From contig CAVYVF010000023.1 of the NCBI GenBank assembly GCA_963771885.1, forward strand, positions 951,079-1,015,078: a stretch of DNA of 64,000 bases, read 5' to 3'. Numbering within the stretch: the stretch's first letter is position 1; each line of letters opens with the position of its first letter. The notes below the pieces were generated by a model. It saw nothing but the letters and a program-made list of their open reading frames with translations, did no database searches and had not been told where the DNA came from. Positions 10,548 to 19,853 of this stretch are shown here, one piece after another. A program made the position numbers and the translations under genes. The DNA comes from Candidatus Bathyarchaeota archaeon. GTDB lineage: Archaea; Thermoproteota; Bathyarchaeia; TCS64.

Positions 10548-10647
10548 GCCGCTCACCAACTCCTCCTCCCCACGACGGCGGTAAAAGGCTTCACCCAAAG
10601 TATGAAATGCGCGCCACCCTCATGCTTCTCCATCGGTGTCATTTGGC

Positions 10648-11034
10648 ATGATCAGGGTTAGGAGACTCAGCGAGGAGCCGGGCGCCCCCGAGGCGGAGAG
10701 CGGGGCGCAGGGCGTAAACTCAATCGACCTAGTCCTCAAGAGGGCGGACCTCAAAGCATTCAGCAGCAGGGTACTCCGAATAGCGCCGGGAGGCCATACG
10801 GCGTTTCACAGCCACGCCCGCGAGCACCTCGCCGTCGTCCTCAGCGGCCGCTGCAGGGTAGAGACAAAGGACGCCAACCAGGAGATCAGGGGTGGAATGG
10901 TCGTCTCCATCCCAACTAATGAGGGGCACAGGTTCTTCAACCCGGGCAGCGACCGACTAGCCCTCCTCGTCCTCAACTTCTTCACAGAGGAAGACAAGCC
11001 CAAGGATCCCGCGCCGGAGGAGCCCCGCCCATGA
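10648..11034 (+). CDS. Cupin domain protein
   Basis: PGGHTAFHSHAREH...LSG and HRFFN metal-binding motifs. Confidence 0.85.
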   Translation: MIRVRRLSEEPGAPEAESGAQGVNSIDLVLKRADLKAFSSRVLRIAPGGHTAFHSHAREHLAVVLSGRCRVETKDANQEIRGGMVVSIPTNEGHRFFNPGSDRLALLVLNFFTEEDKPKDPAPEEPRP

Positions 11035-12047
11035 ATGTACTAGAAGAGGGCAGAGGCGAGCTACTCGCCTGGATGGACCCCGATGACGCCCGTGACTGGA
11101 TGGCGACGAGGAAGAGCAGGAATCCGACTGACAAGTTGATGCCTCTTAGGGAGGCGGTGTCAAAGTTCACCTTCGACGGCGGCTACCTCGCCATGGGCGG
11201 CTTCGGCCACGTCCGAGTTAGCATGGCGGGCATCTACGAGATGATAAGGCAGGGCAGGAAGAACCTCGCCATCGCAGGCAAGACGGCTGTTCACGACGTC
11301 GATGTCCTCATTGCCTCCGGCGTTGTCGACCGCGTTGAGTGCGCCTATTCTTTCGGCCACGAGCTACGAGGCCTCAGCCCCGCCGGGCGCAGGGCCGTCG
11401 AAACGGGTAAGGTTAAGGTGCTCGCTGAGTTGAGCAACGCGGCTTTTCAGTGGAGGTTCAAGGCAGCTTCCATGGGGCTCCCCTGGCTCCCGGCACGCGT
11501 CATGATGGGCACTGATACGTTCAGGCACAGCAGCTCGAAGACCGTCGAGGACCCCTACACGGGGAAGCCGATCTGCCTAATCCCCGCCTGCTACCCCGAC
11601 TTCGCGTTCATACATGTGCACCGATGCGACAAGTTCGGGAATGCCCAGATCGACGGCACCGTCATCGAGGACAGGGAGCTCGCCATGGCGGCCAAGAGGC
11701 TCATAATAACAACGGAGGAGGTCGTATCCGAGGACGAGATCAGGGACGCCCCTGATCGCACAGTCATCCCATTCTTTATGGTGGACGCTGTCTGCGAGGT
11801 TCCGTATGGGTGTCACCCCGGCAATATGCCCCTCATCTACTACAGCGACGAGGAGCACATGGCGGAGTGGCTTAGCCTCAGCAGGAGCGAGGAAGGCGTC
11901 AGGAAATACCTCGATAAGTACGTGTTCCCCGTCAGCGACTTCGCCGAGTACGTTGCCCTCGTCGGCGGTGAGAAGAGGATGGATTATCTGCGCCGTCTTG
12001 AGAGGCTTGAGGAGCCTCTGACGGCGCCGTGGGCGAGGAGGGGCTGA
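11031..12047 (+). CDS. Family I CoA-transferase subunit A (glutaconate CoA-transferase-like)
   Basis: GGFG, RFKAASMGLPW, IHVHRCDKFGNAQI, PYGCHP. Confidence 0.85.
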   Translation: MNVLEEGRGELLAWMDPDDARDWMATRKSRNPTDKLMPLREAVSKFTFDGGYLAMGGFGHVRVSMAGIYEMIRQGRKNLAIAGKTAVHDVDVLIASGVVDRVECAYSFGHELRGLSPAGRRAVETGKVKVLAELSNAAFQWRFKAASMGLPWLPARVMMGTDTFRHSSSKTVEDPYTGKPICLIPACYPDFAFIHVHRCDKFGNAQIDGTVIEDRELAMAAKRLIITTEEVVSEDEIRDAPDRTVIPFFMVDAVCEVPYGCHPGNMPLIYYSDEEHMAEWLSLSRSEEGVRKYLDKYVFPVSDFAEYVALVGGEKRMDYLRRLERLEEPLTAPWARRG

Positions 12048-12049
12048 CT

Positions 12050-12811
12050 ATGGCATACAATCCCACCGAGCTAATGGCGTGTGCCGCCTCTCGCGTGCTG
12101 GAAGACGGTAAGTCCGTTTTCGTCGGCACCGGATTACCAATCATCGTCTCGATGCTCGCGCAGAGGACGCATGCCCCCAACTTGCTCGTCGTATTCGAAG
12201 CTGGCGGTGTAGGGCCAAAGATACCTGCCATCCCCATCAGCGTCGGGGACAGCCGCACATTCCACAAGGCTATCATGGCTGCGAGCATGGACTATGTAAT
12301 GAGCTGCGCCCAGCTCGGCCACATAGACTTCGGCTTCCTCGGCGCCGCCCAGATAGACGCCTACGGCAACCTAAACACCACCTGTATAGGACAGCACGAG
12401 TCGCCGAAGACTCGCCTCCCCGGTAGCGGCGGCGCGAACGACCTCGGCAGTCTTTGCTGGCGTAACATCGTCCTCATGCGTCAGGATACTCGCAAGTTCG
12501 TCGAGAAGCTCGACTACCTCACCACACCCGGTTACCTGAATGGCCCCGGCGCACGGGAGAAGGTGGGGCTTCCACGCAACACGGGCCCTTACCGGGTCAT
12601 AACCCAACTCGGCGTCATGGGATTCGATCCCGAATCGAAGCGGATGACGCTCGTCTCCACCCATCCCAGCATATCGGTGAAGGATGTGGTAGACAACACG
12701 GGGTTCAAGCTCATAATCCCCGATAACGTTCCAACGACGGACATGCCGACTGGCGAGGAGCTACGCCTCCTACGCGAGGAGCTCGATCCCAACAAGATTG
12801 TGATCGGCTAG
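12050..12811 (+). CDS. Family I CoA-transferase subunit B (GctB-like)
   Basis: VFVGTGLP, catalytic Glu in VVFEAGG, FLGAAQIDAYGNLN, RLPGSGGAND. Confidence 0.88.
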   Translation: MAYNPTELMACAASRVLEDGKSVFVGTGLPIIVSMLAQRTHAPNLLVVFEAGGVGPKIPAIPISVGDSRTFHKAIMAASMDYVMSCAQLGHIDFGFLGAAQIDAYGNLNTTCIGQHESPKTRLPGSGGANDLGSLCWRNIVLMRQDTRKFVEKLDYLTTPGYLNGPGAREKVGLPRNTGPYRVITQLGVMGFDPESKRMTLVSTHPSISVKDVVDNTGFKLIIPDNVPTTDMPTGEELRLLREELDPNKIVIG

Positions 12812-13755
12812 AGGCGAGGCTTCACTTTCTCATTGAAGAGCCTTATTCCCTCTATTTCTTCGCCGAAATGGAATCTGAGGATGAAGTGGTCGACGCCAAT
12901 CGCCTTATATTCCTCGATGCGGGCTGCGACCTGTTCGGTTGTACCGACGAGGTTCGGGGGTTGCTTAGCCAGGTACTTCGCGTATGGGGTGTTTTTGTTC
13001 GCCTCGCGTTTCTTAAGAATGGCACTCAGAGCATCCTCGTCCTCCGCCATTGTGATCATGAGTCCGGCGGACTTACGTATGCTTGTGTAGTTTCTGCCGC
13101 GTACATCGCAGTAGCGCCTCAGCTCCTCGAGCTTTGTCTCGAACTTCGGTGGCGGTATGGTCCAGGCAAAGTTGACGGCGTCTGCGTGGCGCGCTGCTAT
13201 TTTCAGGGTGAAGCTGCCTGTGCCTCCGATCCATATGGGTGGGTGGGGCTTCTGTAGGGGCTTCGGGGCGCAGACCGCGTCATGGACGCCGTAGAACCTT
13301 CCCTCGTATGTGGCCTTCTCATCCGTCCACATCCTCTTCGCGATCTCGAGGGCGTCGCCGAGCTGCCTTATCCTTGTGTCGGGTGAGGGGAAGGGGTAAC
13401 CGTAGGCCGCGTACTCGACGTCCTTCCATCCCGCGCCAAGGCCGTAGTTGAAGCGGCCGCCGCTGATGTTGTCGACTGTGGCCGCCATCTTCGCCGCGAG
13501 GGCGGGGTTCCTGTAGCTTTGGGAGGCGACCATTGCGCCGAGGCGCAGCCGCCTCGTATCCCGGGCGAGGGCTGCAAGGGTCATCCAGCACTCGAGGCAA
13601 GGCGTATCCACCGACTCCGGCGTCATGAAGAAGTGATCCGAGACCCAGAGCGACTCGAAGCCGAGGCGCTCCGCCTCCGCTGCGATCCCCCTGATTCCTT
13701 CGTAGCTGAAGCCGTACTGGGGCTCGATCTGTAGCCCGAAGTCGAGGCGAGCCAT
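12808..13755 (-). CDS. LLM-class (probably F420-dependent) oxidoreductase
   Basis: GFESLWVSDHF, YRNPALAAKMAATVDNISGGR, GLGAGW, PPIWIGG. Confidence 0.88.
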   Translation of the reverse strand: MARLDFGLQIEPQYGFSYEGIRGIAAEAERLGFESLWVSDHFFMTPESVDTPCLECWMTLAALARDTRRLRLGAMVASQSYRNPALAAKMAATVDNISGGRFNYGLGAGWKDVEYAAYGYPFPSPDTRIRQLGDALEIAKRMWTDEKATYEGRFYGVHDAVCAPKPLQKPHPPIWIGGTGSFTLKIAARHADAVNFAWTIPPPKFETKLEELRRYCDVRGRNYTSIRKSAGLMITMAEDEDALSAILKKREANKNTPYAKYLAKQPPNLVGTTEQVAARIEEYKAIGVDHFILRFHFGEEIEGIRLFNEKVKPRL

Positions 13756-13850
13756 GTAGGCAGATCGTCGCCGCGGCGATATAACCCATAACGCCTAAAC
13801 CGGCGATAAGAGATAAACGTTAATTGCGGGACACCCGACTGTTTGTTCGA

Positions 13851-14387
13851 ATGGTCGACTACTGGCGCGACTTCCCCGCTGGCCCTGACGTGCCGAGTCA
13901 GGTGTACGTCGTTACCGAGATCACCCGCGGGGGGCGCAATAAGTACGAGTACAAAGCGAAGCAGGGCGTCTTCATGCTCGACCGCGTCCTTTACACTTAC
14001 TACCCCTGCGACTACGGCTTCATCCCCCAGACACTTGACGACGACGGCGACCCCCTGGATGCAGTGCTCCTCATAAACGAGCACACATTCACAGGTTGCG
14101 TCACAGTGGCGAGGCCCGTCGCCAACATAAAGATGTGGGACGACGGCGTACTCGACGATAAGATAGTAACCGTGAGCACGACAGACCCCTTTTACAAGCA
14201 TATAACGAGTCTCGCCGATATACCGAGAAGTGTCATCGACGAGATCAACTACTTCTACAACAACTACAAGAGGCCGGAGAACAAGGAGACGAAGGTCGAG
14301 GCGTGGAACGACGTGGGTGAGGCGAAGGCCCTCATCGAGACGTGTCAGAAGCGTTTTTGGGAGAACTACGCCAAGCTCAAGGCTTGA
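13851..14387 (+). CDS. ppa: Inorganic pyrophosphatase (family I)
   Basis: NKYEY, LDRVL, YGFIPQT, DGDPLD, DDKI. Confidence 0.93.
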   Translation: MVDYWRDFPAGPDVPSQVYVVTEITRGGRNKYEYKAKQGVFMLDRVLYTYYPCDYGFIPQTLDDDGDPLDAVLLINEHTFTGCVTVARPVANIKMWDDGVLDDKIVTVSTTDPFYKHITSLADIPRSVIDEINYFYNNYKRPENKETKVEAWNDVGEAKALIETCQKRFWENYAKLKA

Positions 14388-14429
14388 CCTCAGAAAGATA
14401 TTAATCGCATAGCGCGGCTATGGTGCTAG

Positions 14430-15590
14430 GTGCGCGTTTTGGACCACGAGCGCGAGTTACTCATGATTCCGGGACCGACGATGGTCTCACCCAGGGTCCT
14501 TAGGGCACTCGCTAAGCCGATTTTAAGTCACGGCGCGGCGGAGTTCACCGAGGCATACACGGAGACATTAAAGCTACAGAAGAGCCTCTTTGTGTCGAAC
14601 GGAACGCCCTTCCTCTTAGCGGGGAGTGGGACGCTCGGCATGGAGGCGGCTGCTGCGAACCTTGTCGAGAAGGGTGATAAAGTCCTCACCATTGAGAACG
14701 GCTTCTTTGGCGAGAAGTGGCAGGAAATAGTCCCTGCTCATGGAGGTGTAGCTGACCGCCTCACCTTCGAGTGGGGTAAGGCCGTCGACCTCGGGCTGGT
14801 CAAGGAAAGGATCGCCAAGGGTGGCTACAAGGCCGTCTGTGTCGAGCATGTCGACACGAGCACAGGCATCGCTAATCCCATCGAGGAGATAGGGAGGCTC
14901 GTAAAGGGCACCGACGCCCTCTATGTGGTTGACAGTGTCTGCGGACTCGGTGGCATGCCACTCAAGATGGATGATTGGAGCATCGACTTCTGCCTCAGTG
15001 GAAGCCAGAAGGCGATAGGTGCGCCTCCGGGTCTCAGCCTCTTCTGCGTAAACGAGAAAGCGTGGAAGGCGATAGAGGCTAGGAAGACACCTATTGCTGA
15101 CTACTACACCAACCTCAAGAGGTGGCGCCCTATCATGGACGACCCCAAGAAGTACTTCGCCACACCCGCAACGGGTATGGTCCTCGGGATGCTCGAGGCA
15201 TATAGGATCATACACGAGGAGGGGCTGGAGGCGCGCTGGAAGAGGCACGCACTCTTCAGCAAGGCGTTCCAGGCAGGCATCAAGGCAATGGGGCTAACTA
15301 GCTTCCCTGACGAGAAGAGTCTCGCCCACACACTCAGCGTCCCTAAGCTCCCTGACACGGTCAAGGGCAGCGAGTTCCGAGCCGCCATTGGCAAGTTCAA
15401 CGTAATCACTGCTGGTGGACTCGGGGCAGTAGCTGACAAGACGATACGCGTTGGCCACATGGGCAGCGACATGGTGAACGACATCACCGCCACTCTTGCC
15501 GCTATGGAGATGAGTCTCCACCAGCTCGGCGCGGTTAAGGAGCCGGGCGCCGGCGTAGGTGCAGCGATGAAGGTCTTCGCTAAGGCATAG
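14430..15590 (+). CDS. Class V aminotransferase (alanine-glyoxylate/serine-pyruvate type)
   Basis: LMIPGPT, GSGTLGMEAA, HVDTSTG, PLP lysine in SGSQKAIG, RVGHMG. Confidence 0.9.
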   Translation: MRVLDHERELLMIPGPTMVSPRVLRALAKPILSHGAAEFTEAYTETLKLQKSLFVSNGTPFLLAGSGTLGMEAAAANLVEKGDKVLTIENGFFGEKWQEIVPAHGGVADRLTFEWGKAVDLGLVKERIAKGGYKAVCVEHVDTSTGIANPIEEIGRLVKGTDALYVVDSVCGLGGMPLKMDDWSIDFCLSGSQKAIGAPPGLSLFCVNEKAWKAIEARKTPIADYYTNLKRWRPIMDDPKKYFATPATGMVLGMLEAYRIIHEEGLEARWKRHALFSKAFQAGIKAMGLTSFPDEKSLAHTLSVPKLPDTVKGSEFRAAIGKFNVITAGGLGAVADKTIRVGHMGSDMVNDITATLAAMEMSLHQLGAVKEPGAGVGAAMKVFAKA

Positions 15591-15625
15591 AATCCACATT
15601 TTCGTGGGCTCGACCACCAAACTTT

Positions 15626-16105
15626 TTACACTCCTGCCAGTAGAACGGGCATCTCTGCTTCGGCTTCATCCTGCACAATCAAATTTTCCCACTCCCTGCT
15701 GTAGTCGCGGACGAAGCAGATCGTCGGGTCGCCCCTGATCGTTCCTCTCTTGAAGTCGACGTCGTACTCGTTCATCACATCGCAGACGTCCCACTGGTCC
15801 TTGAACATAATATCTGATACGACGAGCGGCGTCTTCTCGAAGCCGAAGGCGTTCAGGGTCAGTCTCCTTCTCTTCCCGTACTGGAAGAGGTCCTCTCCAC
15901 TCTTGATATATATGGGATGGTGTTCCCAGAATACCCTCCCACGTGGGAAGAAGTCGAAGCTCCACCGCCCCACCTGATACTCATGCCCCATCTCATCCAT
16001 GGAAAGCCCGAGCCATTGGAGATAGCGGAAGCACTGAACCTCCTGGTAGCTGACGAACCTCTCTCCCCTTATCACGAAGCCTAGGTCGTCCCTGAGTATC
16101 TTCAT
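15626..16105 (-). CDS. Hypothetical protein with PD-(D/E)XK-like nuclease signature
   Basis: SYQE...L..LG...HEYQVGRWSFDF...VFWEHH matches the S..E / DF / E layout of DUF559/Vsr-like nucleases. Confidence 0.45.
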   Translation of the reverse strand: MKILRDDLGFVIRGERFVSYQEVQCFRYLQWLGLSMDEMGHEYQVGRWSFDFFPRGRVFWEHHPIYIKSGEDLFQYGKRRRLTLNAFGFEKTPLVVSDIMFKDQWDVCDVMNEYDVDFKRGTIRGDPTICFVRDYSREWENLIVQDEAEAEMPVLLAGV

Positions 16106-16135
16106 GCACTTACCCCTGTCTGGCTTCGTGGGATG

Positions 16136-16259
16136 CGCGGGGATGGCAGGGTTGTGTCTATAATGCGTCGCTGGGGGTTCCCGCTCCTTGGCAGAGTGGA
16201 TTGTCCTCCCGACTCAAATGAATAGTTCCCGGAGCCGAGATAACGTTTGCCACCCCGCG
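16136..16259 (+). ncRNA. Candidate structured RNA/hairpin element 1 (long rod with internal bubble)
   Basis: CGCGGGG-A-TGGCA (16136-16148) pairs with TGCCACCCCGCG (16248-16259); inner GTCG/CGAC and CCGCTC/GAGTGG stems; G-U pairs favour + strand. Confidence 0.4.
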
Positions 16260-16315
16260 AAGGCGACACGGATGATTATTAAGGAGTAAAAACGTCCATC
16301 GACGCCCTGCACTTC

Positions 16316-16377
16316 TTTATACAGGCGGTAAAAAACGGGTATTGTTCAGAATGGTTGGGACATTATTTATACAGGCG
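16316..16377. repeat. 12-bp direct repeat TTTATACAGGCG x2, starts 50 bp apart
   Basis: Exact copies at 16316-16327 and 16366-16377. Confidence 0.8.
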
Positions 16378-16471
16378 TGTCAATAACCGAGCTTGAAAAC
16401 CACCTCAACCCCCATCTCTTGCTTCGCCTATGCATAGAAACTGTAAATACTTTACATACTCATGTTAAGTC

Positions 16472-16603
16472 TGCCCAAGCAACAGCAACCGGGGAACGAA
16501 AAGGCTCGAAGTACCCCGACACTGACTCAGAACGGTGGGCCAAAAGGCTCAAGGGGCTTAGGCTCCTCGGGACCTCACCGCGACGAGGAGAAATGCTTGG
16601 GTA
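16472..16603 (+). ncRNA. Candidate multibranched ncRNA (about 130 nt) with its own promoter-like signal
   Basis: Closing stem TGCCCAAGCA/TGCTTGGGTA, internal hairpins, TATA-like TGTAAATA at 16442-16449, T-rich tract after the 3' end. Confidence 0.5.
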
Positions 16604-16677
16604 CCTCCATTTTATTAAAAAACAGATCACCCCGCTTCTAGCAATCGTTAAAGCTCCGCCATGCTCCACTAGAAACC

Positions 16678-17130
16678 ATGTCCATAGAGGAGAAACTGAA
16701 GAATTTGGGCCTCGAGCTTCCCTCCCCGCCGAACTACAAGGGGAACTACGTAGGCGCCAAGTTCACAGATAGCATCGCCTTCAGCTGCGGTCAGGGTCCG
16801 TTCGCTTCAACGAAGAGGGGAATGGTTGGTAAGGACCTCACAATCGAGGAGGGGTACAAGGCGGCCCAGGAGACATGCCTCAACTGCCTCGCTCAACTCA
16901 AGAGACAGCTCGGTAGCCTCGACAGGATCAAGCAGGTGCTTCAGGTCATCGGCTTCATCAACAGCGCCGAGGGCTTTATGGACCAGCCCAAGGTCCTCAA
17001 CGGTTACACAGACCTACTCGTGAACCTCTGGGGCGACCCAGCGGGGAAGCCGGCGCGCGCGGCGCTGCCTCTCCACCATCCCGGCTGGATCGCCGTCGAG
17101 GCGTGGATGGTCGTCGAGCTTAAGGAGTAG
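16678..17130 (+). CDS. RidA/YjgF-family protein
   Basis: SIEEKLKNLGLELP, GQGP, G.VG.DL..EEGY.AA, V.NG..DLL, PARAA. Confidence 0.88.
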   Translation: MSIEEKLKNLGLELPSPPNYKGNYVGAKFTDSIAFSCGQGPFASTKRGMVGKDLTIEEGYKAAQETCLNCLAQLKRQLGSLDRIKQVLQVIGFINSAEGFMDQPKVLNGYTDLLVNLWGDPAGKPARAALPLHHPGWIAVEAWMVVELKE

Positions 17131-17545
17131 GCTTATTTCCGTCCCTTATCTTTTCGCTAAGGTTTTTGAGCTCCAGTTCCGCATTCTGGAGTATCGTCTG
17201 GAGCTTATCGAGGCGCCAGTCTACGCGCGCCTCAATATAGGCGTCCGCGTCCGGGTAGTTCGCCTTGAGGGGGCAGTCGAGCATCGACGAGCTGTTCAGC
17301 AGCTTCTCGGGGAGGTCGACGGAGAAGAGTTCTTCGAGTTCGTCGGCGGGGTTCCTTTCGCCTGAGTGGATGAGCCTGAGCTTCTTCTTGCAGTCGTCGC
17401 AACCGCGTACGTGGCGGAGGAGGCGTGCCTCGGACTCGACGCTCACCATGAAGCCGATGTACTCCGCCTCCATATGGAGGAGCCAGAGGGGCTCGCAGTC
17501 CTCGGCGAGAGCTGAGAACTTCTTGCCCATGTGTTGGCTAGCCAT
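17120..17545 (-). CDS. Hypothetical protein with HxxxCxxC (anti-sigma-type zinc finger-like) motif
   Basis: HVRGCDDC; C-terminal coiled coil. Confidence 0.5.
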   Translation of the reverse strand: MASQHMGKKFSALAEDCEPLWLLHMEAEYIGFMVSVESEARLLRHVRGCDDCKKKLRLIHSGERNPADELEELFSVDLPEKLLNSSSMLDCPLKANYPDADAYIEARVDWRLDKLQTILQNAELELKNLSEKIRDGNKPTP

Positions 17546-17633
17546 GCACCACCAAGCCGTGAGCCTGTTTAAAACCCATCCGCCCTGCACGGGGAAAGGT
17601 CATTAACCCGACGCGTGGTGGTGGTTTCGATGC

Positions 17634-17894
17634 GTGTTGAGTGTCGAAGATGCCCTTGGTCTCATCGCCGACTCTAAAAAGTTCCTAGAACCCTATAAGG
17701 CGTACGGGAAGATGATCACGGATGGTGTGGCCCAGCTTGATAAGCTGGAGGAGCTCGTGCGGGGAAGATCCTATGCGGATGCTTACAGGATAGTCTGCGG
17801 GATGTGCGATCAGATCTCGACCTACCGAGGCTTTGTCCCCAAGTTAGCGGAGAACCTTGAGAAGACGCGGGAGATACTCAGGGGGCTCTGTTGA
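17634..17894 (+). CDS. Hypothetical protein
   Basis: Compact helical ORF filling the gap between neighbours. Confidence 0.5.
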   Translation: MLSVEDALGLIADSKKFLEPYKAYGKMITDGVAQLDKLEELVRGRSYADAYRIVCGMCDQISTYRGFVPKLAENLEKTREILRGLC

Positions 17895-17896
17895 GC

Positions 17897-18187
17897 CTAC
17901 CATCGTCCCCTCGATACCGTGCCGAAGATTATAGCGAGCCCAATTAGTATTAGGAATCCTGGCCAGAGCCAGTCCCAGAAGCTCCAACCCAAGAGGCTGG
18001 AGACACCGATCGCCAATATGAAGAGCCCTATCATTATCCCCCAGATGCTTCCGTGCCTGTGGTAGCTGTAGGATCGCCTATATGCCCACGGCTCATGGGG
18101 CTGAGACGCGCTCAGAGGCGCACCGCATTTGGAGCAGTTCGCCGAGTCATCCAGGTCCTGTGTCCCACACTTGGTGCAGTATACCAT
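17897..18187 (-). CDS. Zinc-ribbon domain membrane protein
   Basis: YCTKCG...CSKCGAPL followed by two TM helices. Confidence 0.8.
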   Translation of the reverse strand: MVYCTKCGTQDLDDSANCSKCGAPLSASQPHEPWAYRRSYSYHRHGSIWGIMIGLFILAIGVSSLLGWSFWDWLWPGFLILIGLAIIFGTVSRGRW

Positions 18188-18242
18188 GCTCCTCGCCGAT
18201 CTGAGTTCGACGAGAGAATTATAGAAATGTTACGATAGCGGA

Positions 18243-19117
18243 TCAGGCGCTTCTGTCTATCTTGACGCCGCCACGTGGACCTATTGTTGCTTTCGCGTGG
18301 CGGAGCGCCCAGCACCCGATCACAATGCCGACTGGTAAGCTGGCTGGGTGCCTCGCAGCCATCTCTATGTGTATATCGAGCGCCGTCGGTCCCTCACCGA
18401 GCCCCATAGCACCGATACCGAGCTCGTTTATCTTCTCCAGTAACTCCTCCTCAATCGCGGCTATCTTGGGGTTTGGGTTCCTGACCTTGAAGGGCTTTAA
18501 GAGCGCCTTCTTTGCTAGGACCATGCACATGTCCTCGCTGGCGCCGATTCCGACGCCGACGAAGTAGGGTGGGCAGCCTTGCGAGCCCGCGGCGGCGACC
18601 GCCTCAATGACGAACTGCTTCACTCCCTTCAGCCCGAGCCCCGGCTTGAGCATCTTGTGGTTAGCAACGTTGCTACTACCGCCACCCTTGGGCATGGCGA
18701 TGATCTCCAGATTCGTTGCCGGGGATCAAGCTCCCAGTAGATGATTGGGACGTGTGCGCCTGTGTTATCGTTCGTGTTGCCCTTGAGCATATCCACCGCA
18801 TTTGGGCGTATGGGTATCTCGTCCGTCGCGCGCCTTGTCGCCTTTACGAGTATCTCATTCAGCTCCGACCTAAGGGGGAACTTATCTCCAACCTTAACCA
18901 TGAAGGCGACGACGCCTGTGTCCTGGCACATGGGCCAGGAGTTCTCCCGAGCGATGGAGATATTGTCAAGTATACTCTTTAGCTGGGATTTGCCCGTGGC
19001 GCCTTTCGTTTTCTTCGCCAGCTTGTCCATCTCCCTGACGTACTCGACAGGGAGCTCGGTGGCCGAGATCCTTAGGAGCTCGACCGCCGTATCTTCGACT
19101 ATTTTGCTGAGTGTCAT
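18243..19117 (-). CDS. Fe-S fumarate hydratase/tartrate dehydratase alpha subunit, frameshifted near 18710
   Basis: PMCQDTG, PKGGGS, GCPPYFVGVGIG, GIGAMGLG, HPASLPV...CWA. Confidence 0.9.
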
Positions 19118-19118
19118 C

Positions 19119-19715
19119 TTACTTCATCTCCGCGACTATCCTATCCCTGTTGGCATTGACTTTCTTTCCGACGTCAGCAGTAAGGTTGGCACCATGAGTA
19201 TCTATGGTGACGATGAGTGGGCCGAAGTCCTGCGTATCGTAGACCCAGAGGCACTCGGGCATGCCGAGCTCCTCAAGCCAGTAGACGTCCTTGACCTTTT
19301 TTATACCCGCGGCGCCGAGGAGGGCGGCCCCGCCGGTGAAACTTGTGTAGACGCAGCCATACTTCTGGCACGCCTTGGCGGTGCGGTCGCCCATCCCTCC
19401 CTTACCTATGATGACTGAAGGGCGGAACGCCTCGATGAAATTATCCTCAAATATCTCCATGCGGGTGCTCGTCGTAGGGCCGGCGGCTACTACCTCCCAA
19501 CCCTTTCCCTTCTTCCTCATGATTGGCCCGCAGTGGAAGACGCCGATGCCCTTGAAGTCGACTGGTAGCTTCTCACCTTTCTCGTGGAGCTCAAGCGCCT
19601 TATGGTGCGCCTCGTCACGCGCCGTGATGACCGTGCCGGTTAGGTAGACGACGTCCCCAGCCTTCAGCTTCCTTACATCCGCTTCGGGCACGGGCGTCTT
19701 CAGGTGGTACTCCAT
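19119..19715 (-). CDS. Fe-S fumarate hydratase beta subunit
   Basis: TARDEAH, HCGP, AGPTTSTRM, IIGKGGMG, ELGMPE, IDTHG. Confidence 0.92.
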   Translation of the reverse strand: MEYHLKTPVPEADVRKLKAGDVVYLTGTVITARDEAHHKALELHEKGEKLPVDFKGIGVFHCGPIMRKKGKGWEVVAAGPTTSTRMEIFEDNFIEAFRPSVIIGKGGMGDRTAKACQKYGCVYTSFTGGAALLGAAGIKKVKDVYWLEELGMPECLWVYDTQDFGPLIVTIDTHGANLTADVGKKVNANRDRIVAEMK

Positions 19716-19853
19716 AACCTTTCACTCCCACTATCTCAACCCTTCACAATTTAAAACCTGAGACTCCCGTGATTGACTCTTTTTTTACAGGTTCTGTGAA
19801 TCCGAGTCGATTTCTAGAAAAAGTATAATATATACTGCGACTAGGATTGTGAG
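19716..19853. promoter_or_regulatory. Divergent promoter region between the fumarase operon and the hdr/fumarate reductase operon
   Basis: AT-rich, with TTTAAA (about 19750) and TATAATATA (about 19824) TATA-like boxes roughly 25-35 bp from each start. Confidence 0.5.

Noticed and set aside
16472..16603. 5S rRNA, tRNA or hammerhead ribozyme
   Set aside because: Lacks 5S conserved loops, a TTCRA T-loop and the CUGANGA core
16377..16772. 131-aa ORF over the candidate ncRNA
   Set aside because: No recognisable motifs, overlaps the ridA-family gene and spans promoter-like DNA
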